Part shown: positions 36,068-44,491 of the stretch, piece by piece | Numbering within the stretch: the first letter of the stretch is position 1 | Layout: each line of letters opens with the position of its first letter | Assembly: GCA_018698915.1 (NCBI GenBank) | Contig: JABIPN010000017.1 | Span: 1 to 44,491 of the forward strand | Origin: Candidatus Woesearchaeota archaeon | Lineage (GTDB): Archaea; Nanobdellota; Nanobdellia; UBA10117; ARS21 | Length of the DNA: 44,491 nt | Reading direction: 5' to 3' | Notes under the pieces: model-generated | The model's input: the letters and a program-made list of their open reading frames with translations, nothing else | What the model was told of the DNA's origin: nothing | Database searches by the model: none | Made by a program: the position numbers and the translations under genes

Positions 36068-38254
36068 ATGGCAGCAGATATGACTACTCAAGTTCTTGAC
36101 GGAATGAAGAGACCTGACGATATCAGAAACATTGGTATCGCAGCGCACATTGACCATGGAAAGACAACTTTCTCAGATAATCTACTTGCAGGAGCAGGCA
36201 TGATTTCCCAAGAGCTGGCAGGAAAGCAAAGAGCTCTTGACTTCGATGAAGAAGAAGCTGACCGAGGAATCACAATTTATTCTGCTAATGTTTCTATGGT
36301 CCACGAAGTAAAAGGAAGACCACATCTAATCAACCTTATTGATACACCAGGTCACGTAGACTTTGGTGGAGAAGTTACTAGAGCAATGCGAGCAGTTGAT
36401 GGAGTAGTTGTTCTTGCTTGTGCAGTTGAAGGTTGTATGCCTCAAACTGAAACAGTTCTAAGACAAGCTCTAAAAGAAAGAGTAAAACCAGTTCTATTCA
36501 TCAACAAAGTTGACAGACTAATCAAGGAATTACAATTAACTCCTGAACAAATGCAAGAAAGATTTGTAAAAATTATTGCAAACGTAAACAAGATGATTAA
36601 GTCATATTCACCAGAAGAGTTTAAAGAAAAATGGCAAGTATCTGTTCAAAAAGGATCAGTAGCTTTCGGTTCAGCTTACCAAAACTGGGCACTTTCAGTA
36701 GACTACATGAAAGAGAAAGGAGTAGGATTCAAAGATATTTATGAATTCTACGAAAAAGATGATATGAAAGGATTAGTAAAAGCTGCACCATTACATGAGC
36801 CAGTTCTAAACATGGTTGTAGATCATTTACCAACACCACTTCAAGCTCAAAAATATAGAATTCCAAAATTATGGCACGGAGATCTTGAATCTGAAGCAGG
36901 AAAATCATTAATGAATGGAAATCCAGAAGGTCCATTAGTTTTTGTAGTAACAAAAGTTATTGTAGATCCCCAAGCAGGAGAAATTGCTTATGGTAGAGTT
37001 TTCTCAGGAACGCTAAGAAAAGGATCAGAAGTAAAATTAATAAATGCTGGTTCCTCAGCAAGAACTCAACAAATTGTTTTGGCAAAAGGTGGTTCAAAAT
37101 TAGTTGTAGATGCAGTACCTGCAGGAAATATTGCAGGAATTGTCGGACTTAGAGCAGCACAAGCGGGAGAGACTGTAACTACTGCAGATATTGAAGGTTT
37201 CGAAGCAATATCGCACTTATTCGAACCAGTAGTTTCCAAAGCTATTGAAGCTAAGAATCCTAAAGATCTTCCAAAGTTAATTGAAGTTCTAAGACAACTT
37301 TCAAAAGAAGACCCAACACTGAAAGTAACAATTAATCAAGAGACTGGAGAAAATATTATGGCCGGTCTTGGAGAATTACATTTAGAAATTAAAGAGCACT
37401 TAATCACTCGAGAAAAAGGAATTGATATTGTAACTTCAGATCCAATTGTTGTATACAGAGAATCCGTCCAAAAAGAATCACCAGTATTGGTTGGTAAATC
37501 TCCAAACAAACACAATCACTTATTTGTAACAGTAACGCCGATGACTGATAAAATGTTTGACGCAATCACTGAAGGGGAAATTCCAGAAACAAAAGTAAGA
37601 AAGAAAAATCTGAAAGAAGTTGTAGAATCATTAACAACTTATGGAATGGATCGAAATTTGGCAAAGAAAGTTAAACAGATTTACAATGGAAACATGTTCA
37701 TTGATGGAACCAGAGGTATTGTTTATATTAACGAAATTATAGAATTAGTTCTTGAAGCATTTAGAGAAGCTATGAATGGCGGACCTTATGGAAAAGAACC
37801 TTGTGGAAAGATGATTGTAACCTTAAAAGATGCAAAACTTCACGAAGACTCAATCCACAGAGGACCAGCACAAATTATCCCATCTATGAGAAATGCAATT
37901 TACAATGCAATGCTAACAGCAGGAACAATAGTTTATGAACCAATTCAAACTATGAGAATTGATGCACCAATTGAATATTTGGGAGCAGTTTCAAAATTAG
38001 TTCAAAGTAATCGAGGTCAACTTATAGATACTGAACAAGGAGATGGAGTCTTAACAATCACGGCAAAAGTTCCAGTTGCAGAATCTTTCGGATTCACTGC
38101 AGCTTTAAGATCTAGCACAGGCGGAAGAGGAGCATGGTTCCTTGTAGATCAAAATTTTGAACAACTTCCAAGAGAATTACAAAATGGAGTTGTTGCAAAG
38201 ATCAGACAAAGAAAAGGAATGAAAGCAGAATTACCAGAAGTAACAACTGATTAA
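36068..38254 (+). CDS. fusA: Translation elongation factor EF-2
   Basis: AHIDHGKTT, DTPGHVDF, NKVD, diphthamide loop HEDSIHRG. Confidence 0.98.
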   Translation: MAADMTTQVLDGMKRPDDIRNIGIAAHIDHGKTTFSDNLLAGAGMISQELAGKQRALDFDEEEADRGITIYSANVSMVHEVKGRPHLINLIDTPGHVDFGGEVTRAMRAVDGVVVLACAVEGCMPQTETVLRQALKERVKPVLFINKVDRLIKELQLTPEQMQERFVKIIANVNKMIKSYSPEEFKEKWQVSVQKGSVAFGSAYQNWALSVDYMKEKGVGFKDIYEFYEKDDMKGLVKAAPLHEPVLNMVVDHLPTPLQAQKYRIPKLWHGDLESEAGKSLMNGNPEGPLVFVVTKVIVDPQAGEIAYGRVFSGTLRKGSEVKLINAGSSARTQQIVLAKGGSKLVVDAVPAGNIAGIVGLRAAQAGETVTTADIEGFEAISHLFEPVVSKAIEAKNPKDLPKLIEVLRQLSKEDPTLKVTINQETGENIMAGLGELHLEIKEHLITREKGIDIVTSDPIVVYRESVQKESPVLVGKSPNKHNHLFVTVTPMTDKMFDAITEGEIPETKVRKKNLKEVVESLTTYGMDRNLAKKVKQIYNGNMFIDGTRGIVYINEIIELVLEAFREAMNGGPYGKEPCGKMIVTLKDAKLHEDSIHRGPAQIIPSMRNAIYNAMLTAGTIVYEPIQTMRIDAPIEYLGAVSKLVQSNRGQLIDTEQGDGVLTITAKVPVAESFGFTAALRSSTGGRGAWFLVDQNFEQLPRELQNGVVAKIRQRKGMKAELPEVTTD

Positions 38255-38283
38255 TTTTTAAGTTTTGTTCAGCATAATAATCT

Positions 38284-39270
38284 ATGGACGTAATAAGTCA
38301 AATTGCACTCAGAGTACCAGAAACTCTTGTAGAAATCTCAGAAAGAGGATTAGCAACACTAAAACAAGCCGAACAACAAAGAGGATTTGCAAGATCAATA
38401 CATAGCACGGTTACAAATTCACTAAAAGAATTAACTGGATATTCTAAAGAAAACCGTCCAGAAGAGATGATAAGAACTCCTTTCAAATTTGGAGATATCT
38501 CAGGAAGAGTAGAATCAAAACCAACTTCAAGTGTTTCATACAAAACAGTATTCAGTGAGCTTTCAAATTATATTCAGCACGAACAACAATCTGGAACTAA
38601 AATAATAAATGTAGAGTTATTAGTAAAGAGTTTTTATGAGTTAGTGGGTGATTCAACAAATCCAACTCTTGAACAAAAAATATACTTTGATAATGAAGGA
38701 GAAATTCTTACTGAGGCAGGAATCTCCGAAGAATCACCAGAAGTAACAACTTTTTACACAGAAACATCTAATTATTCAAATCTAAACAAAGGAACAATTT
38801 TAGATAGATTCAAAGCAAAAAGAATTGATGATCATCTTTCAAAAGAAATAATAAAACCTTTTGATAAGTTAGTAAAAGAAACAGCACTAGACATGTTAGG
38901 ATTAGACTCCGATGATTTGCAAGAAACTGCAAGAACTACAATCAGTAGAGAAAACAGAGCATTTGATGTAAAAGTAATTTCCAGAGAAACAATAGGCTAT
39001 TCAAAAATTCTAAAAGAATTATTTAATACTTCAATAACGCGAGCAACTAAACGAAGCGGAGAAATATATTCACTTATTGATTCTCGAGTAGAGGATATTG
39101 GAGATTTAGTGGAAAGATTTAACGTAAAAAACAGAATGCAAGGAAAATATGTTTCCCTGGAAAAATTATCACAAAGAATGGATGAATTAACTATTGAAAA
39201 TACAAAAACACAGAACAGACTAGAATGGAATTACAATCCAGTTCTGGAATTTGCTGCGATTGCGGAATAA
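38284..39270 (+). CDS. Hypothetical protein with apparent internal duplication
   Basis: 328-aa ORF with host-like composition; no family recognised. Confidence 0.7.
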   Translation: MDVISQIALRVPETLVEISERGLATLKQAEQQRGFARSIHSTVTNSLKELTGYSKENRPEEMIRTPFKFGDISGRVESKPTSSVSYKTVFSELSNYIQHEQQSGTKIINVELLVKSFYELVGDSTNPTLEQKIYFDNEGEILTEAGISEESPEVTTFYTETSNYSNLNKGTILDRFKAKRIDDHLSKEIIKPFDKLVKETALDMLGLDSDDLQETARTTISRENRAFDVKVISRETIGYSKILKELFNTSITRATKRSGEIYSLIDSRVEDIGDLVERFNVKNRMQGKYVSLEKLSQRMDELTIENTKTQNRLEWNYNPVLEFAAIAE

Positions 39271-39795
39271 TTATTTAACTTTTCCATAAACCCATTCATC
39301 ACCAAGTTTACCAAATAAGTTCTTAACATTATTTCTCAAAATACCTTCTTTAACAAAACCATTTTTTTCAATAACTCGCGCAGAAGCAAGATTCCAATCA
39401 TAGACACTTCCATAAATTCGAATAAGATTGAACTCTTTGAAACAATAATCTGTAAAAACACGAGTCACTTCCGTCATTATTCCTTTTTCCCAATGTTCTT
39501 CAGCAAGCCAATAACCTAAATGTCCTTTATGTCCCGGAACTAATGAAGTTATCCCAATCGATCCAGCAAGTCTACCTTCCAAATCAATAACAAGATTAAG
39601 CTTATCTTTATTTCCGCCATAAATATTTTGATTAATCCACCAAACAGCATCCTTTTTTGTGTAAGGATAAGGTACATTTGCAAGATTTTGAATAATTTTC
39701 TTATTATTTATCGATTTAGCTAAATCAGATACATCAGATTTCTTAAATTTCCTCAACGTGAATTTCAAACCTGATTTTGTTTCACCAATTAACAT
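39271..39795 (-). CDS. GNAT N-acetyltransferase (RimJ/RimL-like)
   Basis: LGYWLAEEHWEKGIMTE, NLASARVIEKNGFVKEG. Confidence 0.9.
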   Translation of the reverse strand: MLIGETKSGLKFTLRKFKKSDVSDLAKSINNKKIIQNLANVPYPYTKKDAVWWINQNIYGGNKDKLNLVIDLEGRLAGSIGITSLVPGHKGHLGYWLAEEHWEKGIMTEVTRVFTDYCFKEFNLIRIYGSVYDWNLASARVIEKNGFVKEGILRNNVKNLFGKLGDEWVYGKVK

Positions 39796-39916
39796 AAAAT
39801 AATTAAGAAATTCACATTAAAAAGGTTTAAGATTTAACAAACCAACCCACACCGCAATCTTTTTAAACATCATCAATCAACTCAAATTACGACTTCTAAG
39901 TCGATAAGAAAATAAA

Positions 39917-41182
39917 ATGGCAGACAAACCACACATTAATTTAGTAGTAATTGGTCACGTAGACCACGGTAAATCCACAACAGTTGGACGACTCCTGTTT
40001 GAAGCAGGGGCTGTAGACGAACAAACATTGGCCAAATTTAAGCAAGAAGCAGCTGAAAAAGGAAAAGCTGGTTTCGAGTTTGCTTACGTTATGGACACAA
40101 TAAAAGAAGAGCGTGAACGTGGAGTAACTATTGATTTAACTTATAAGAAGTTTGAGACCAACAAATATAATTTTACAATTATTGATGCACCAGGTCACAA
40201 GGACTTTATTAAGAATATGATCACAGGTACATCCCAAGCTGACGCAGCTGTCTTAGTAGTTGCAGCAACAAACTCTGTTCAAGAGCAAACAAAGGAACAT
40301 GCGTTCCTTGCAAAAACTCTTGGAGTGGGGCAATTAATTGTTGCAGTAAACAAGATGGATATGGTTAGCTACGCACAAGATAAATTTGACGCAACAGAGT
40401 CAGATGTCAGAAAGCTTATCACAACTTATGGTTGGAAAGCAGATGATGTTAAATTTATCCCAATTGCAGCGCTTAAAGGAGACAACATCAAAGACAATTC
40501 AAGTGAAATGTCTTGGTACAAGGGATCAACCTTGTTATCAGCTCTTGATGAATTGAATCCTCCAGAAAAACCAACAGGTCTTGCATTAAGAATGCCAGTA
40601 CAAGATGTTTATAGCATCAAAGGTATTGGATCGGTTCCAGTCGGAAGAATTGAAACTGGAGAAATGAAGATTGGACAAAAACTTATTGGAATGCCTTCTG
40701 GAAAAGAAGGAGAACTGAAGACAATCGAAGCACACCACGAACAAATGAAGGTTGCAGGTCCAGGAGACAATGTTGGAATCTCTATCCGAGGAATTGGAAA
40801 AGAGGATTTAAAACGTGGAGATGTTCTTGGAACAGCAGACAATCCCCCAACAGTAGCTAAAGAGTTTACTGCGAAGATTGTTGTACTGAACCACCCATCT
40901 GTATTAACAATTGGATATACACCAGTATTCCACATTAATACAGCACAAGTATCTTGTAGAGTTACAAAGATTTTGAAGAAAATCAATCCTAAAACAGGAG
41001 AAACTCTTGAAGAAAACCCAGACTTACTTCGAAACGGAGACGTTGCGGAAATTGTTTGTGTTCCAACAAGACCAACTTGTATTGAAAAGAACTCAGATTT
41101 CCCACAATTAGCAAAAGTTGCTATCCGAGACATGGGTAGAACTGTTGCTGCAGGAATCTGTATTGACGTTGTAAAGAAATAA
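39917..41182 (+). CDS. tuf: Translation elongation factor EF-1alpha
   Basis: [37 protein letters not shown]. Confidence 0.98.
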   Translation: MADKPHINLVVIGHVDHGKSTTVGRLLFEAGAVDEQTLAKFKQEAAEKGKAGFEFAYVMDTIKEERERGVTIDLTYKKFETNKYNFTIIDAPGHKDFIKNMITGTSQADAAVLVVAATNSVQEQTKEHAFLAKTLGVGQLIVAVNKMDMVSYAQDKFDATESDVRKLITTYGWKADDVKFIPIAALKGDNIKDNSSEMSWYKGSTLLSALDELNPPEKPTGLALRMPVQDVYSIKGIGSVPVGRIETGEMKIGQKLIGMPSGKEGELKTIEAHHEQMKVAGPGDNVGISIRGIGKEDLKRGDVLGTADNPPTVAKEFTAKIVVLNHPSVLTIGYTPVFHINTAQVSCRVTKILKKINPKTGETLEENPDLLRNGDVAEIVCVPTRPTCIEKNSDFPQLAKVAIRDMGRTVAAGICIDVVKK

Positions 41183-41189
41183 GGTTAAT

Positions 41190-41230
41190 GAGGGCCTTCG
41201 GGTCCTCTCATACTTTTTCTAAATTTTTTT
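41190..41230 (+). terminator. cUUCGg hairpin plus T-tracts after tuf
   Basis: GAGGGCC-TTCG-GGTCCTC then T5 and T7 runs. Confidence 0.65.
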
Positions 41231-41254
41231 ATACTACCTGATTGTTCTATCTAT

Positions 41255-41785
41255 ATGCAAAAAGCAATTCTAGTTGTTGGACCTCCCGGCGCAGGTAAAG
41301 GAACTCAGGCAAAATTGATTGCCAAGAAGTTCGGATATAGACATATTTCGACCGGAGATATTCTAAGAAAATTAAACAAAAACACAACTTTAGGAAAGAA
41401 AGTATTTGCGTTGATTAACAAAGGCAATTTTATCCCACCAAAACTAGCAGTCCAAATAACTCTTAATTATATTAAATCCAACAAAAAAATTCTAGTCCTA
41501 GATGGATTCCCAAGAAATATAACTCAAGCAAAACTAATCAAAAACAAGATAGAAGTCATCAAAGTCATCGCATTTACGGGTAGAAATTCAGTTTTCAAAG
41601 AACGTCTCATGAATCGAGGTCAGGGGCGTAAAGATGACACTATAACAGTGATTAATCATCGTTTTGAAGTGTACAAAAAGGAGACTGAACCCCTCCTAAA
41701 ACATTATGGTGCTCAGATCGTCCATAAACTCAACGCAGAACCCTCAATAAAGGCTATTTTTAGAGAAGTTGAGAAAGTCATCTAA
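41255..41785 (+). CDS. adk: Adenylate/NMP kinase, bacterial-type short-lid form
   Basis: GPPGAGKGTQA, HISTGDILR, LDGFPRN, GRKDD. Confidence 0.9.
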   Translation: MQKAILVVGPPGAGKGTQAKLIAKKFGYRHISTGDILRKLNKNTTLGKKVFALINKGNFIPPKLAVQITLNYIKSNKKILVLDGFPRNITQAKLIKNKIEVIKVIAFTGRNSVFKERLMNRGQGRKDDTITVINHRFEVYKKETEPLLKHYGAQIVHKLNAEPSIKAIFREVEKVI

Positions 41786-41830
41786 GTCAACCAAAACTCT
41801 TTTAAAACACGACACTCAACCCAATCTACA

Positions 41831-42139
41831 ATGCCAACAGCGAGAATAAAACTGTACGGAACTGATTTGAATCAACTAAACGAAGTTATCACTCAAATCA
41901 AAGATATTGCAACAAAAACAAAAACAAAGTTCGCAGGCCCAATTATGATTCCTACTAAAACTCTTAAAGTACCTGTAAGAAAATCTCCACAAGGAGAAGG
42001 TAAAGCTTCTTGGGAAAACTACGAAATGAGAATTCACAAAAGAATGATCGATCTTGCAGCTGATGAAAGAGCATTACATTTAGTTCTTAGAGTACCAATT
42101 CCAAGTGATATTAACTTAGAAATTCAACTTCTAGAATAA
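41831..42139 (+). CDS. rps10: 30S ribosomal protein S10
   Basis: GPIMIPTK, RKSPQGEG, YEMRIHKR. Confidence 0.97.
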   Translation: MPTARIKLYGTDLNQLNEVITQIKDIATKTKTKFAGPIMIPTKTLKVPVRKSPQGEGKASWENYEMRIHKRMIDLAADERALHLVLRVPIPSDINLEIQLLE

Positions 42140-42214
42140 GGTCCGATGGTCTAGCCTGGTTATGACGTCCCCTTGACGTGGGGAAGATCCCAAGTTCGAA
42201 TCTTGGTCGGGCCA
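42140..42214 (+). tRNA. tRNA-Val(GAC)
   Basis: Acceptor GGTCCGA/TCGGGCC, anticodon arm TCCCC-TTGACGT-GGGGA. Confidence 0.93.
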
Positions 42215-42258
42215 TTTTATCAAAACATTCTTAAAGCAAAACTAAAACTCAAAATCAA

Positions 42259-42333
42259 GGGCGGTTAGCTCAGTCCGGTCAGAGCGCTTCGCTGGCAGCG
42301 GAGAGGCCCCGAGTTCGAATCTCGGCCCGTCCA
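42259..42333 (+). tRNA. tRNA-Ala(GGC)
   Basis: Anticodon arm CTTCG-CTGGCAG-CGGAG; G3:U70 identity pair. Confidence 0.93.
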
Positions 42334-42371
42334 TTCAGTTAAGTTTTTAAAGCTAAAATCAAAGCCAAAAT

Positions 42372-42683
42372 ATGGTAAAAGTAAAAACAGTTGAAGGTTT
42401 AGAATTAGTAATCGAAAAAGAATTCCCATGTATAATCAATTTTCTAAGAAATATAGAAACTGAAATATCCACTGATTCAGAAAATAAACTAACAAAAAAA
42501 TACTTTACAACTGAAGGTTACAGTGTTCTGTTCACCAGCAAACCTCTCGATCTAGAAATATTCAAAGATATTAATGTTTTAGAACAATATGATCAAATAA
42601 ATGTTCTACACAAAGAAAAAGATCTATGGAATGCGCTAAATAAAGAAAGTATTGATTTCACCGCATATAATTTAGGACAGTAA
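42372..42683 (+). CDS. Hypothetical protein
   Basis: 103-aa ORF with TATA-like tttttaaa ~21 nt upstream. Confidence 0.6.
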   Translation: MVKVKTVEGLELVIEKEFPCIINFLRNIETEISTDSENKLTKKYFTTEGYSVLFTSKPLDLEIFKDINVLEQYDQINVLHKEKDLWNALNKESIDFTAYNLGQ

Positions 42684-42959
42684 TTATTGCTTTACAACCT
42701 TGTCCTTTGCCAAACTATTTTCAATAGAATTCAATTTTGTTTTTATGTTTGTAATTTCAGTTGTAGAAATCATATCATCAAACTTCTCAGGGATTCCTCC
42801 TCCACGAGTTTGAATATCTGCAAGCAATCTCCTTGCTTCTTGAATCTTTCCAGAAAGTTGACCTTTGAATGTCAATTTCCGACTTACATCAGCCAAGCTT
42901 CTATATTTATCAAAATCTTCCTCAATTTGAATAACTAATTTTCTAAGGTTATGTGCCAT
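42684..42959 (-). CDS. Hypothetical helical protein
   Basis: 91-aa ORF with ATG start and upstream TATA-like ttatata; convergent with the previous gene. Confidence 0.6.
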   Translation of the reverse strand: MAHNLRKLVIQIEEDFDKYRSLADVSRKLTFKGQLSGKIQEARRLLADIQTRGGGIPEKFDDMISTTEITNIKTKLNSIENSLAKDKVVKQ

Positions 42960-42993
42960 ATTAAAAATAGTATCGGAAATATATAAGCTTTAT

Positions 42994-43395
42994 TTAGACA
43001 GAGGCTAGTTGACGGCTCAACTTAATGAATTCATTTATGTGTTCTGCAGAAGTATAAACTTCAAGATTCTCTTCAAGAAGCATACTCATAAATAAGTAAA
43101 CATCATTACCGTGTCTTGACAAAATACCTATCCGATAATTCTCAGGCTTGTTATCCAGCCACAATCTAAAGTTAAATTCATCAATAGTAGGGACATTTAC
43201 GTTATTCGTATAGATCTTTGGGATCAGTGGCTCAAATTCCCAAGTAATATCAGAACCAACATACGTTGGATGGGCAAAGTACAATCCAGCTTCAGAATCC
43301 ATCAAATCATCATGTAATCTGTCCTCCAAAGGATTAAAGTCAATAATTTCTAGCTCGCACTCGTCCAACGAAATTTTTTCCATAATTTTGACCAC
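42994..43395 (-). CDS. Hypothetical acidic protein
   Basis: 133-aa ORF; the start may be the ATG at 43383. Confidence 0.6.
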   Translation of the reverse strand: MVKIMEKISLDECELEIIDFNPLEDRLHDDLMDSEAGLYFAHPTYVGSDITWEFEPLIPKIYTNNVNVPTIDEFNFRLWLDNKPENYRIGILSRHGNDVYLFMSMLLEENLEVYTSAEHINEFIKLSRQLASV

Positions 43396-43413
43396 AATTT
43401 CAAATATAAAAAA

Positions 43414-43518
43414 CTATTTCTTTGACTTCTTAAAGCAACCACACAGCTTAGATTTGTGTTTTAAACAACCAATCACCTTGTGATCTCCACAACCACAAAT
43501 AAAACATTTCTTATGCAT
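43414..43518 (-). CDS. 34-aa Cys/His-rich microprotein with a CCHC zinc-knuckle pattern (absent from the ORF track)
   Basis: Translated by hand: MHKKCFICGCGDHKVIGCLKHKSKLCGCFKKSKK; ATG overlaps the 3' end of sod. Confidence 0.65.
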   Translation of the reverse strand: MHKKCFICGCGDHKVIGCLKHKSKLCGCFKKSKK

Positions 43519-44107
43519 TGTACCTATCCTCAACAACAGACCAATCAATTACGTTGTAAAAATTCTTAACATATTCAGGTCGTCGATTTTGATACTGCAA
43601 ATAATAAGCATGTTCCCAAACATCCAAACATAAAATAGGAATTGATGAAATTTTATTTACATCCATAAAACAATTATCTTGATTTGAAGTAGAATATATT
43701 TCTAAAGAACCATCTTTTTTCTTTCCAAGCCAAGCCCAACCAGAACCAAATTGAGTTGCAGCTGCGTTTGAAAATTCCTCAACAAACTTATCATACGATC
43801 CAAAGTTTTCTGAAATAATTGCTTTAAATTCAGAAGAGATTTTATTTGAACTCGGTTTATTCAAGGCTTCAAAAAAGAAATTATGATTCCACCATCCGCC
43901 ACCATTATTTCTCAAACCAGCATTTTTAGATGCACGCTTGAATACAACTTTTGGATTATTACTTCGGATTTTTAACGCATCCAAAATCACAGTAGTCTTA
44001 TTAGTATAAGCAGCATGATGTTTATTGTAATGAACATTCATTGTTTCTTTATCAATATACGGTTCCAAATCTCCAAGAGCATAATTTAATTTAATCTGTT
44101 TTACCAT
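43511..44107 (-). CDS. sod: Fe/Mn superoxide dismutase
   Basis: HYNKHHAAY, NNGGGWWNH, FGSGWAWL, DVWEHAYY. Confidence 0.97.
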   Translation of the reverse strand: MVKQIKLNYALGDLEPYIDKETMNVHYNKHHAAYTNKTTVILDALKIRSNNPKVVFKRASKNAGLRNNGGGWWNHNFFFEALNKPSSNKISSEFKAIISENFGSYDKFVEEFSNAAATQFGSGWAWLGKKKDGSLEIYSTSNQDNCFMDVNKISSIPILCLDVWEHAYYLQYQNRRPEYVKNFYNVIDWSVVEDRYNA

Positions 44108-44188
44108 TCCAGTACTAATTGAAATAATTATATAAGACTATCCTACTTGAAGCGTTATGTTTATAAACTCAAATGAGGGAGATAAATT

Positions 44189-44262
44189 GGCGAGGTAGCT
44201 CAGTATGGCAGAGCGTCCGTTTCATGAGCGGAAAGTCGGGGGTTCAAATCCCCCTCTCGCCA
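44189..44262 (+). tRNA. tRNA with CAT anticodon (probably elongator Met; Ile2 not excluded)
   Basis: Acceptor GGCGAGG/TCTCGCC, anticodon arm TCCGT-TTCATGA-GCGGA; lacks the initiator A1-U72 and three G-C pairs. Confidence 0.9.
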
Positions 44263-44308
44263 TTGAGTTGCGAAACTCTTAAAAAGCAAAAATAAAACCA
44301 AATCTCAT

Positions 44309-44382
44309 GCATCCATAGCTCAGTCTGGTAGAGCACCTGCCTTGTAAGCAGGGGGCCGCGGGTTCAAATCCCTCTGGGTGCA
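44309..44382 (+). tRNA. tRNA-Thr(TGT)
   Basis: Acceptor GCATCCA/TGGGTGC, anticodon arm CCTGC-CTTGTAA-GCAGG. Confidence 0.93.
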
Positions 44383-44383
44383 T

Positions 44384-44491
44384 TCATTCGTTAAATATTG
44401 AAAAAAATCCAGAACGCTTTTTTTGTTTCTTTACAAGTTTCCAATCAATATTTTCAAATGCCCAAGCCACCCATCGCTGAAGAGCCTTACA
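44384..44491 (-). CDS. Possible 3' end of a gene entering from beyond the window
   Basis: Open frame ..KALQRWVAWAFENIDWKLVKKQKKRSGFFSIFNE* stopping next to tRNA-Thr. Confidence 0.35.
   Translation of the reverse strand, partial: CKALQRWVAWAFENIDWKLVKKQKKRSGFFSIFNE

Noticed and set aside
37830-37880. EF-2 diphthamide loop checked for loss of the target His
   Set aside because: HEDSIHRG is intact
42140-44491. Integrated virus or plasmid at the tRNA clusters
   Set aside because: No integrase and no duplicated tRNA 3' end seen in the window
1-44491. Alternative genetic code, inteins or tRNA introns
   Set aside because: Conserved genes translate full length with the standard code, and no insertions are evident

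Overview
AT-rich archaeal chromosomal window, most likely from a DPANN (Woesearchaeota/Nanobdellota-like) genome; the taxon is inferred from gene content and protein divergence, not from a search. It opens with two cell-surface protein genes and a SpoIIM-like gene. These are followed by the large archaeal ribosomal protein superoperon (rpl3 to rpl15, secY, DUF106, rpl14e, cbf5, an uncalled trm112) and the tRNA-Ser/rps13-rps4-rps11-rpoD/tRNA-Leu/rpl18e-rpl13-rps9-rpoN cluster. The second half holds a site-2 protease, TFE, tRNA-Gln, Elp3, SppA, TrmB, DNA ligase, nitroreductase, FtsZ2, GatDE, EF-2, EF-1alpha, bacterial-type Adk, rps10, four more tRNAs and Fe/Mn SOD. Most of it is housekeeping. 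The most interesting signals are non-coding or very small: (i) a phased array of GTTC-N7-GAAAC boxes upstream of an HTH/degenerate-nucleotidyltransferase gene, with the same box in the same position in the ftsZ promoter, a candidate CdrS-independent cell-division regulon; (ii) a ~75-nt unit (9-codon ORF plus UUCG hairpin) divergent from a 7-TM protein plus winged-helix pair across a symmetric promoter region; (iii) an uncalled 34-aa CCHC/Cys-rich microprotein coupled to sod; (iv) a cysteine-free TFE and a GatE lacking its AspRS-like insertion. All calls are by eye from the sequence; no searches were run.
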